A stretch of DNA of 63,986 nt, filler included, from Folioceros fuciformis (taxonomy: Eukaryota), in the NCBI GenBank assembly GCA_049999805.1. It is 4 parts of 4 records of this genome, joined end to end, with 100 filler letters (N's around TTAATTAATTAA, not from the genome) between each part and the next. Parts side by side here need not be neighbours in the genome. Positions count along the whole stretch, not along the records: positions 1 to 30,285 come from JBNGIO010004658.1; 3 more parts are not named here. One strand, given 5' to 3'. The position numbers and the translations under genes are program-made. Below the pieces are notes generated by a model. It searched no databases. It was not told the origin of the DNA and saw only the letters and a list, made by a program, of their open reading frames with translations. This document shows, in pieces, positions 9,682 through 20,296 of this stretch (its first letter is position 1; the number at the start of each line of letters is the position of its first letter).

Positions 9682-12663
9682 ATGGCATTCATCCGCAGGG
9701 TATATGGTGACTCTGGCATCAGCCGTGAGTTGAAAAGGTTGTGTAAGGAAGGACGGCTGAAGAAGGCATTAGATGTTCTGGTTTTCATGGGTCAGCAGGG
9801 GGTTGTGCCTTCCGTCAAGGCCTTTCGGAATCTTTTACACGCATGCATGAGGAAGAAGGCTTGGACAGAGGCCAAGGCAGTGCATTCGCATATTGCCAAA
9901 TATGGGTTGGAAGCCAACATGGTTTTGGGGGAGTTGTTGGTGGACGTGCTTGTGAAGTCTGGGAGCCTTTCAGATGCATACCGGTTGTTCAGCAAGTTGT
10001 TACATCGGACTGCTCGTTCCTGGACAGCAGTAATTACAGGATACAGTATTAGTGAGCAGGCCGAGAAAGCTTTTAGGCTGTATTGGGCTATGCAAGAACA
10101 AGGTATACAAGCTAATGAGTATACCTTTATCAGTGTCCTCAAAGCATGTGGTAGGTTAGCAAACCTGAACGAGGGTAAACGGATACACGCTGAGGTTGTC
10201 AGATATGGATTTGACTGTAACATTTTTGTTTGCACGGCTGTTCTTGACATGTATACAAGGTGTGGGAGCATGGGGGATGCAAGACAAGTATTCGACTCAT
10301 TTGGGGAGCATGATGTAGCATCGTGGAATGCCATGATCAAAGGTTACTCTCACGCAGGTCAGAATGTGATTGCTTTGCAGCTCTATTTTGATATGCAAGA
10401 GGATGGTTTGCGACCAGATGATAGGACATTTGTCAGTGTGTTAAAGGCTTGTGCCGACCTTGCGGGCTTGGAACGAGTCACCGTTTTAAATGGGCAACAA
10501 TTTAAGATTGCTTCACTGCAAAGAGCAAAGATCGTCCATGCTGAGGTCGCTCAGACGGGTTATGCTTCAGATGTATTTGTGCAAAATGCACTAATCGATT
10601 TGTACGCTAAGTGCAGAAATGTGGAGGATGCTCGGCACGTCTTTTACTGCTTGGCCAGCCATGATGTGGTGTCATGGACTGCAATAATATCAGGCTATGT
10701 CCACGAAGCACAGCCCCTGCTGGCTTTGCAGCTGTATGCTCAGATGCAAGAAGAAGGGGTCAGGCCAGATTATAGGACGATAGTCAGCACACTCATGGCT
10801 TGTTCTAGTCTTAGCTCTTTGGACAGAGAGCAAATGATCAGTGGACGATCTGTCAAAATCTTCTCTCTTCAGCAGGGTCAGAAAATTCATGCTGATGCTG
10901 TTATTCTCGGCCTTGAGACAAATGGGTTTGTCGAAAGTGCTCTTGTCCATATGTATTCTTCCTGTGGGAGCATGGGGCATGCGAGGCAAGTGTTTGACCG
11001 CCTCTCCAAAGCGGATGTGGTGACATGGACTGCATTGATGTCAGGATATGTGCAGCAAGGACAGGCTGAAGCAGCACTGCATTTCTATGTCAAAATGCAA
11101 GAGGAAGGTGTGAGTCCAGATGATCGAACCCTTGTCATCGTGCTAACTGCATGCACCAGCCTGGCTAGAGTGGAGGCAGATAGAGAGATTGACAGTGAAT
11201 CGATGGGAGCACTGTCTTTGAAGCAGGGAAGGGCCATTCACAGCGAAGTTCTGAAGCAGGGCTTGGAGTTGGACGTATTTGTTGGGAGTGCGCTCATCCA
11301 CATGTACTCAGCATGTGGGAGCATAGGAGATGCATGGGAAGTATTTGACAGCATGATGCAGCGCGATGTGGCCATTTGGAATGCGATGCTTGCAGGATAT
11401 GTTCAGTCCAGGAATCCTGAAGAGGCGCTAAATCTGTACAAGCGAATGCTGGAGGATGGGGTGAGCCCAGATGACCGTACCTTTGTCACTTTGCTCGCAG
11501 CATGTGCCACTTTAGCTGAGACAGAGGTGGCAATTCTGGATAACGGACACTGGGTGAAAACTAGTTCTATGCAGCAGGGGAGGGCAATTCATTTGCAAGT
11601 TCGAAATTCGGGACATGAACTGAACGCTTATGTCGGTAGCAGTCTCGTGCATATGTACATGAGTTGTGGGAGCATCCCGAATGCAGAGCAGCAGTTTGAC
11701 AGACTGCTGGACCGGGATGTTGTGGCATGGACAATGATGATTGCAGGCTATGCTCGGCAAGACCAGGGTGACAAGGCTTGGGAACTTTACACCCAAATGC
11801 AGGAGGATGGTGTACCTCCAAACGAGGTAACATATCTGTCCATTTTACACTCCTGCTCGAGCAACGGAGCCTTGAACAGGTGCAGGCAGGTCCACTCCGA
11901 CATTCTCAATTCTGGGGTGCACATCACATGCAGTGTGATAAATACTCTCGTACACGCTTACGGCAAGTGTGGCCACATGGTGGACGCTCGTGCTGTGTTC
12001 GACTCTGCTGCACAATGTGATGTAGTGACATGGAATGCATTGATATCTGGGTATGCACGAGAGGGACAATGGGCTGCAACCCTGCAGTGCTTTCAGGAAA
12101 TGAAGGCAAGCACGAAGCCGAACGGAGTCACGTTCGTCGCTCTCCTCTTGGCCTGCAGTCATACAGGCATGGTGGACGAGGGCCTGGAGTACTTCAAATC
12201 AATGGCCAGAGTATACGGGGTTGCCCCTTCCATGGAGCATTACGTCTGTGTGGTGGATCTCCTCGGCAGGGCCGGCCTCCTCAGCGAGGCCAAAGAGCTG
12301 CTCTTGACTATGCCAGTACAGCCTGATGCAGCTGCTTGGCTGTCTCTCCTAGCTGCCTGCAGGAAACACTTGGATGTTGGATTAGGACGACATGCGTTCG
12401 ACGCAGCTGTGCATCTGGACTCGAAGCAAGCAGCAGCCTACGGGCTCATGTCAAGTCTTTACGCGTACGCCCAGATGTGGGAGGAAGCGAACGAGATCGA
12501 GGAGCAAAGAGCAAAAGCAGGTGCCTGGAAAAGGCCTGCACACACTTGTATAGAGCACCAGCAGCAGATGCACATGTTTGTGGCAGGACAGCAAAGCCAC
12601 CTGCGTGATCCTACGCTGTTATCCACTCTTGAAGAACTTGGCTTACGAATCCAGTGCCTTTGA
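9682..12663 (+). CDS. PLS-class PPR protein with E domains and truncated, KP-like DYW N-terminus; single exon
   Basis: Tandem P-L-S triplets, E-domain motifs, ends WKRPAHTCIEHQQQMHMFVAG...CL*. No HxE or CxxC. First ATG at 9682. Confidence 0.92.
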   Translation: MAFIRRVYGDSGISRELKRLCKEGRLKKALDVLVFMGQQGVVPSVKAFRNLLHACMRKKAWTEAKAVHSHIAKYGLEANMVLGELLVDVLVKSGSLSDAYRLFSKLLHRTARSWTAVITGYSISEQAEKAFRLYWAMQEQGIQANEYTFISVLKACGRLANLNEGKRIHAEVVRYGFDCNIFVCTAVLDMYTRCGSMGDARQVFDSFGEHDVASWNAMIKGYSHAGQNVIALQLYFDMQEDGLRPDDRTFVSVLKACADLAGLERVTVLNGQQFKIASLQRAKIVHAEVAQTGYASDVFVQNALIDLYAKCRNVEDARHVFYCLASHDVVSWTAIISGYVHEAQPLLALQLYAQMQEEGVRPDYRTIVSTLMACSSLSSLDREQMISGRSVKIFSLQQGQKIHADAVILGLETNGFVESALVHMYSSCGSMGHARQVFDRLSKADVVTWTALMSGYVQQGQAEAALHFYVKMQEEGVSPDDRTLVIVLTACTSLARVEADREIDSESMGALSLKQGRAIHSEVLKQGLELDVFVGSALIHMYSACGSIGDAWEVFDSMMQRDVAIWNAMLAGYVQSRNPEEALNLYKRMLEDGVSPDDRTFVTLLAACATLAETEVAILDNGHWVKTSSMQQGRAIHLQVRNSGHELNAYVGSSLVHMYMSCGSIPNAEQQFDRLLDRDVVAWTMMIAGYARQDQGDKAWELYTQMQEDGVPPNEVTYLSILHSCSSNGALNRCRQVHSDILNSGVHITCSVINTLVHAYGKCGHMVDARAVFDSAAQCDVVTWNALISGYAREGQWAATLQCFQEMKASTKPNGVTFVALLLACSHTGMVDEGLEYFKSMARVYGVAPSMEHYVCVVDLLGRAGLLSEAKELLLTMPVQPDAAAWLSLLAACRKHLDVGLGRHAFDAAVHLDSKQAAAYGLMSSLYAYAQMWEEANEIEEQRAKAGAWKRPAHTCIEHQQQMHMFVAGQQSHLRDPTLLSTLEELGLRIQCL

Positions 12664-12919
12664 GGAAAGGATAGTTCTCCTCGCATGCCAGTGATGCGTT
12701 CCAAAGTCCAAAGGCATTGCAGCATTAATCTCAGCATTGCTTCCAATCTCATTAAAGAACCATCCAGATATGCATCGTCCTCCGGTGGGAGCCTGAACTA
12801 GATCTAGGATGTTCCAACTCCTTTTTAGTTCCTGTCCCCAAGGAGTATCGGTAGTGAGAGATCACTAGGGGAGAACCTTGAATTGTGTGCAAGTGAAAAG
12901 CAGGGATGGAGAAGGAGGG

Positions 12920-13150
12920 GAACGGAGTGAAGCCTCGGGGCTTGTTCCCTACCATGTGAGATGCGAGAGGAGGAAGTGTGGAGGAGAAGGAGAGCCCCCG
13001 GGGCTTGTGCGCTGGCACGAAAGATATGAGTGGCGTGAGTGTGGAGGACTGTGTGTCCCTGGAGCTCCCTCCTCGCCAGTACTTGCCACGGACGATTGCT
13101 CTGAGACGAAGAAATGTGGAGCACTGTGAGTCCCTGGGGCTCGGACCCTG
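12920..13150 (+). repeat. Degenerate tandem repeat, ~4 units of roughly 65-75 bp
   Basis: Recurrent GTGGAG...CCC(C/T)GG(G/A)GCT blocks near 12925, 12980, 13040 and 13115. Confidence 0.45.
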
Positions 13151-14508
13151 GAATGGAACAAACCCACACGCCGGGCTTTGGGAGAGAATCGCCTTCTACC
13201 CCCAAAGATTACGCTCGATGACGCACATTGAATGGCCTGCGGCGAGTTCAGGATGCGAGGACTATATATTCTAATCCATTTCGTGAAGAAGCTGCTTTCA
13301 TCTGTTCACACACACCATCACTAAAAGGAATCTAATGCACGCTGGCTGTATGCTATCCTTGATTCTTTTTGTGGACAAGTGAGAGAGCTCTCCGCGTCTC
13401 CTTGCCGTTCGTCGCCACAAGTTATGTGTTCCACGCAACAGCGGCGCTTTGATTGCTTGAAGACTGTACTTTGCTGTGCATCAACCGTGTTCCCGAGCTT
13501 GACATATGTCCGTGCTTCTCTGGCTAATAACTAAAAGCCCATCAGTTTCCACCAATCGTGGAACGAGAAGATAAATCTCCATCCTACGAGACGGTGCTTG
13601 AGTTGAAATCGGATGAGGCCCTGTGTCGAAGGAGCTGGGCCCAGCTATGTAGTATGTACAATATACATGGCAACAGAAAGGCGTGAGGTGGGATGTAGTG
13701 GACATCCCTTGCAGTCCAGAAACCGCCTTCGACTGCGAGAACTGGCTGACCGCACATTATTTGTGCCAGAACCAAAGTGGCATTGATAGCTAAGACTGCC
13801 CGGCGTGAGGGTTACTCGGAACATAGTGAGGACATATTATGCAGTGGTGTCAGAACGACGCAGAGGCGGATTGCTATCCTGCGTTAGTCAGACAGAACAG
13901 CAACTTTGTCCATGCTTGCAGTAAGTCGGGACAACGGGAGGTCGTGGTCGAGAGGAGGGCACCTTCACGAGTATAATCCGCATGCGAACAAAACAAGCAG
14001 AATTCCCGACTTACACAACGTGCACAACGTGTTATGGCGGAGAACCTCCAGGAAGCTCATCGCGTAGAGTGCGTACGGGAAGCGCGAACAGCTGGCGACG
14101 GGCTGGAGTAAGGAAAAGCATCCAGCACCTTGGACAGTGTCGGACGAAGAGGACAAGGTCTGGCAAGAGAAAATATTTGTACAAATCAGTGGCCTTGACG
14201 GCACATCTGAGCCTATCAAGCCTATCGTATGCCCTTGGGCAAGAAAACAGCCAATGAATAACAAGCCTCCGGGGTTATGCAATCCCAGCAGACACCCCTG
14301 CGGGGCGAGGCTGCTTTGCTGAACACTGCTTCACAATGCTAGCCATCTCAAAAAAGAATCATCCAGTGATGGAGATAGTAGAAAAACAGTCTGCATTGCG
14401 GGGAGCAGGAAAAACGTAAGCAGCAAGTGACAGCGCCTCCTCAGTCTGGCGTGATGCCAGGCAGAGAGCCCGACTCCTGCTGTAGCCACATGAGGCGGCC
14501 GAAGAGAA

Positions 14509-14859
14509 TCAGTTGACGCGCATCCGCTTCGAACTGTCAGAGCCTGAGCTGTCCCTGGAATCAGATTGCGGAACGCAACCCTTGTCGCCACTCATCCAAT
14601 CTTCTTCTGCACCCCCGTCCTCGACGTTCTCGAATGACTTCTGAAAAACGGCAGACATGTCGGAATACATACCAACTACTTTCAAGATGTTATGGTTGAG
14701 CTCCCTGATCAGCGTCACATTCCGCGTGAGCTGCTCGGGCGTCCTCGTCTCATGGTTGTGGTTGATCTCACTAATAAGCAGCCTATTGTGATCAAGCATG
14801 CACTCAACTTCCTTCACTCTGCGATGGAACGTCTCGAGGACACCAAATTTCTCATCCAT
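14509..14859 (-). CDS. ELF4-like (DUF1313) circadian clock protein
   Basis: LDHNRLLISEINHNHETRTPEQLTRNVTLIRELNHNILKVVGMYSDMS is the ELF4-family core. First in-frame ATG at 14859. Confidence 0.9.
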   Translation of the reverse strand: MDEKFGVLETFHRRVKEVECMLDHNRLLISEINHNHETRTPEQLTRNVTLIRELNHNILKVVGMYSDMSAVFQKSFENVEDGGAEEDWMSGDKGCVPQSDSRDSSGSDSSKRMRVN

Positions 14860-16254
14860 GGAGCACGCTCCCGCCTCCAACCTCTCCTTCCCCGCTTCCT
14901 CCCTTCCGTCTCCGTCTCCCACACACCAGGCTCCAGCGCCAGCAATTCTTCAACGCGCAGCAATCAAGCGACCATCCTCCTCGGCAGCCGCGCCACGTCC
15001 ATGGCATCAAGGTCGCTAGAAGAGAGACAGAAAGAAAACGCCGTGCGGACGCAAAATCCAACTACACAGCTGGTGGCTGTGGCTGGAAGAGAAGGCGACT
15101 TGTCGAATAGAAAAACCGACGGCACTTAATGTGGCCTTCTAGCAGAGCAGCGTGGACGGGAGCGATTCGAGAAGCTTGAAACACACTGCATCTTACGGGA
15201 CAGAGATGGAAGGAGGACAGCTCCTCTGACAGACTGACGGAGAGAGATTCGAGGAGGGAATCCGCGAGCTTCTGCACCAAGGCACTTGTGTTGTCAACAA
15301 CTCAGCAGCTTTGGCCATAACCCCAGCCACTAAATGTGATCCTCAGATTCATGCCACATTTTGATAAGCAGAGCCACAAGCTAGAAATCACACCGACGCA
15401 TCCCTCCATCCAGAAGCTGGCTTTCAGGACAATTATCTTCCAACATGTGTGAGCCCGCGTATGTCGCAAAGCCCGATAACCTACACCACATCTCTCTTAT
15501 CAACCTGTGTTGCAAAGAATTAACTATCTGTTAAGCTGGTTAACTACTTTATTCAGCTTTATGTAATATTCTTGTTGTGAAAGATGTACAGTACATCCAA
15601 TCGAAACAGGTTTTCTGTTAACCTAATACCGTAACTTCAGAGCAATGATTCTACACAAGCCTTCGTTGCATTAGCAAACCTTGGTTCTCTTGGTAGCTCT
15701 GGTGGGACAGATTACTTAGGGCTGGTTTCCATGGACAAATTTTCATCAACTTCTCATATTACTATATGTATACATTACGACAAAAACAAAGCGGGTTTAG
15801 GGGAAGTTTCAACAAACTCCCACGATAATCGGAGATGAGTGGATTAGTGAGTTTCACGGCAACTTAAACCGGGTACCAGAATCCACGGAGTCAAGCTACG
15901 ATTTTTCCCGTCTTACAACGCGGGCAATTGCAAGAACACAGGTGCTGGAAAAGGGCGGGAGGCAAGTGTGCACTCGATCATGAAGGCAGCCGCTTCGGCA
16001 AGAAGGGAAAGCAAGGGTACGAGCTAAAGCAATGGTGATGGCTGAAGGCTTGGGGCAGCCATCTCAAAGATGCAGCTTGCCATTAAGTGCTATGCCTTCG
16101 AGTTCTTTGCTCGCCAATTTTTCCATAAGTTCTACATTGCCTTTGGCTTTGATCATACCTTTCACTTCTCCGGCCAAGCCTGTCACCTCACAAATTGATA
16201 TACCCACAACAACAGTCATGAACTAGGGCACGTCCACACATCAGGGATTTAAGG

Positions 16255-17149
16255 CACCAAGGAAAGTGTGGACATTGCAGAAGCTTCACATTTTGCAAGC
16301 AACTAAGAAGATTGATCATGAATCCAGAGTGATAGGAGGTAATAGGGAAAAGAAGAGGAAGGGTACTGAACGATGAGAGGAAGTGGCACGGCACACTATT
16401 GATACATGAACGGTGTGGTGTGTACTGCTGGTCAAGCGAAAAGTAAGTGGGACAATCTTGCACAAGATTGGAAAAAAATTGATGACCATTGCCGGCATCT
16501 ATTAAGTGGACAAGATACATGCTGGCAAATGAGTGTGGAAGAGAAGAAGGCTCACAAATTGCCCCCTAGCTTTGAGCATAGCTTGTTTACAGCAATTAAT
16601 TTGTGGTTTACCGATTCACAAGCCGCTGCCACAGACTTTGTGCACTTGGGTGACACCAGCACCATGCCACTAGGCAATACCTTTTGCTTGCTCCTCCTAT
16701 CTACATTGATGACAACTCAAATGAATCTTATTACTTGCTGGCTTCTAATGTGTGCGATTTTTTGTAGACACACCTAATTCTTCAAGAGAGGTCTCACCTA
16801 GTGCTGCCCCTCCAGAACCTAGTGAGGAGTCTCCATCACCTGCCGAGTCTTTGAACACAAGCATGGAGTCTTGCAATTGATACTTTAAAGGGTAGCCGGA
16901 AAAAAAGGAAGGTGCTCACTTCTAAACGAGATGAAGAATTGTTCGTTTGTGCAACAATTAAGAGACACAGAAGCCAACAAAGACAAGCGACACAAAGCTC
17001 ATATGGATTTCCAAGAGAGAGTGCACCAGGACATTATGGAGCACAACCGTGCTCTTATGCAGTCACAAAACCAGATAGGTGAAGGTTTTGTGCATGGATT
17101 CATGAAGATAGGTGATGCCTTGAACAAGATAGAAGATAAAATGTCTTAG
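16255..17149 (+). pseudogene. Harbinger Myb/SANT (trihelix-like) DNA-binding ORF, disrupted
   Basis: RKVWT, QAKSKWDNLAQDWKKI, WQMSVEEKKAHKLPPSF, C-terminal coiled coil; broken frames. Confidence 0.75.
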
Positions 17150-17269
17150 AATCAGCCACTTTTGTCTTGCATTTCACAGTTGGACCATAAGAAAGTAGCT
17201 ATGTTGTTACGAAGTTGGTCACCATCTGCATCTATATGGTAACAAGGGATAGTTTAGTAGCCAGCATCA

Positions 17270-18550
17270 TGTGTTTGCTAGTCATCATTTTTTGTCATAG
17301 CCATTTCTCAACGGTTAATCAGCATGTTATGTAGGTAGCAGTAGCACATCAAGAGTGCCCACAATGTATCAATGTCAGTCTTCCAAATGGTTCTCCCTAA
17401 CATTCTCCACGTGCCTTTAAGCTTATCGAATGCTCATTCTACCACCATGCGAATAGAAGAATGCTTAAAATTGAAGTAGTCTTTCTTCACAGAAATATTT
17501 CTCCCCGAAAATGGTGTAAGGAGCCACGGCAGTGAGGGGTATCCCGCGTCTCCCGCAATGTACTCCCTGAAACTGAAGTTGCTCACATCAATGTGTTCAT
17601 AGTTCCCGATATCTCCTGCCATAGCTTTTCAATAGAGGCCTGAATTACTCAAGATCTTTGCATCATTTACAGAACCCGGGAACCTAGCAAACACATCTAT
17701 AAAACGCATATTCATGTCAACTACGTCTTGGATGCAGCGTTGTAATCATGATTACGATCCAAGTAATCAGTTGCCATTTCCCGGGACATTAGCTCCATTT
17801 TGATGTGTGTTACATCAATTGCGCCACAGTAGTTGACTAATCCTTGATACCTTTCAAATTTTGCCTTGCAGGTACCTAGAGCTTCTCTTTGTGGCCAAGC
17901 AATGTGGTGTCCCTCTTCTGATCATGGTGCTTATGAATCGCTATATAATTTTCGAAGCTGTAAATTCAGCTATACAAGAGAGTTTCCCCAATGGATTTGA
18001 GAGTATCCCTTGTGGCAAGTCTTCAATTGCTAGAGCCACTTGGATGTCAACCAATAGTTGCTTGTTTGGAATCCGTCGTAGAGCTAATGGTATCTTCCTA
18101 ATTAGATCCAAAGCCACCAAGCTACACACATACTCAAATGTGGCAGGTGTCATTCTAAAAAACTCTCTGAAACGCTTAGGATTAGCTGTCCATGTTGCTT
18201 CCTTAAAAAGGGACCACCAAGCCAACCTCCTGTGCTTGATGTATTGGTCACTAGGAGTACGTCGCTTGCCTGAAAAAACTGAAATGTGAGTGGAAGCAAG
18301 AAGGAACATCATGGAATAAATTGTGGTATGTGCACCTTCTTTAGTATTCAATTACCTTGCTTGCTTGCATGAAGAAAGCACTTTAGGTTGACGGTGAAGA
18401 TAATTTATTGCAGCAGGTAATGCAATTGCTGAAGCAAGACCTGAACACACAATGAGATTTCTATTCGAATCAATGTCGTGAGTGGCCGTGCGCTGAGCTG
18501 CATCACGGGCTTCCATCGGCATGCTCTCGAAATGAAGAATAAGCAATCGC
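17270..18550 (-). pseudogene. Harbinger DDE transposase (HARBI1-like), disrupted
   Basis: FREFFRMTPATFEYVC, GAIDVTH, FPGSVNDAKIL, IAGDAGYP, FNFKHSSIRMVVE; stops and frameshifts. Confidence 0.85.
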
Positions 18551-20296
18551 ACTCAAGTGACTTGCATGAGTGCAGAGCTTGGGATGAAAACGGACTGCAT
18601 CGGTGCTGAGTAGAAGGAATGCACATAGGTCCTGAGTAGGAGGAATGCACATAGCCAAGACATGGAAAGTGGCAATATCGGTCCAACTACAAGTTGAAAA
18701 AGCCACCGTAAATATCGGCCCTCATAAAAACCAGCCCTTAGATAAATAGTAATTTATGAGAACAATAAAATAATATCAGAATAAAGCTGGCCCCGGCGCG
18801 AATGCGTCTTAGGGCTCCATTATCTCCATCCTCATGTTGATAACCCCCTCGGAAAGAGACGGAGTTGTATGCACAATTGCGGCTGGTCATGCCCTAGGCC
18901 CCTCGACGATGGGGATAACACGATGCGTTCTTGCCCTAGCTGCGTTCGACGCAGGGACAGGATGATGGTTCATTGGAGGCTGCGCACGAAGCAGCCAATG
19001 CTCAGTGGAGCGACCTCGTCTCAGGCTTCAACGATCCAACACGAGGGTGAGGGCTTCGAGACGGCCGGAAATTGAGGGACCTAGCCTTGGAGGCGGCGTG
19101 CAAGCACATTGGCTTTGTTGCGCTAGATATGTATTCTGCTGTCGTTCTCTATGAGAACTTTGGCATGAGGTCTGACACAACGGACTGCTATTGATCCGAT
19201 GTTCTCGTGATGGCTAAGGGTTTTGCCATTGGATGAGGCTACCTGTGCTCTTGACGCACAAAGTGAAGGTTTGGTACAGCAGAGGATTTTCCGTGCTCTG
19301 GTCGGGAAGTGGATTATTCCAGTCTCCGCTTGCTCCTCGATGGGAGGACTGGAGAAGGACTGTAGAAGTCTGAGCAGGACTCGCTCGGGCTGCATGTCGC
19401 GCTTCCTCCGCAGCCTCCAATGAAAGCGTCGTGCCATCGGCAAATTCGGACCTGGAACAGTCTGCCGCGGCGAGGGTGGAGTGCTGGAGCTCGTGCTTCT
19501 CCACCTCGAATCGCAGGTCCGTGTCTGTGCTTAAGTGTTGCCTAGGTCCAGGTTTGCGTCCAGTCTCTCTCTCCAACAGTCTGGCCAGGACAGCCTCGAA
19601 GAAGTCCGGCAGGAGGCCAGCAGGTAAAGCACAAGGGCCGCATGGCTGCATGCCATACTTTATCTTCGTTTTGGTCTCTGTCATCTTTCACTCGCGGACA
19701 TCGGAAGTCAGTCTGCTCGTTCCGACACATTGCGACTCTCTTTTCATCTGTGGTGCAGAGCGGAGGCCCTTTCACCATTCCCTACCTTTCCTAATACAGC
19801 ATACACGACTCATGAACTGTGGTGAATGGTAATGGACAACTTGTGCATGCCTCACCTTAGCTAGGGGAGGGATGGCATCGGAATGCGTGCGCACGCTAGA
19901 GCTGTTGTTGATTCCGGAGCTGAGTCTGCTGCTTTCTGAAAACCCGCCGACGCATCTTGCTTCCATCAAGGTTCCAGAGTGCAGATTCAGTGTATGCCGG
20001 AAAAAGCTAGGATCATGTAGGGGACGTGCAGAATAGCCTGTGGATAGTGTCGGTCAGCCTAGGTGAATTGGAGGAGGAAAAGTTGGACGCAAGAGGTACA
20101 AAACACTGTGAGGACAGGCGAGGGTCCACCCTTGGGAATCCAAGGGAGCATACTCGGGGCGGGTAGAGTGGCGAGAGACGGCCGGCAGGGTGATAACCGT
20201 AAAATATAATAAAATATTCCCCGACGATGGTCTATGTATATCCTTTGCGTCAGTCTCCCTCGACGAGTAGTCCCCCGAAGCCTTTGCATGATCTAG

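Larger units (their letters stand above)
15719..18737. mobile_element. PIF/Harbinger DNA transposon, full-length but degenerate
   Basis: TIRs GGGCTGGTTTCCATG and CATAAAAACCAGCCC (13/15 match). TTA target-site duplication at 15716-15718 and 18738-18740. Convergent Myb/trihelix and DDE ORFs inside. Confidence 0.93.
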
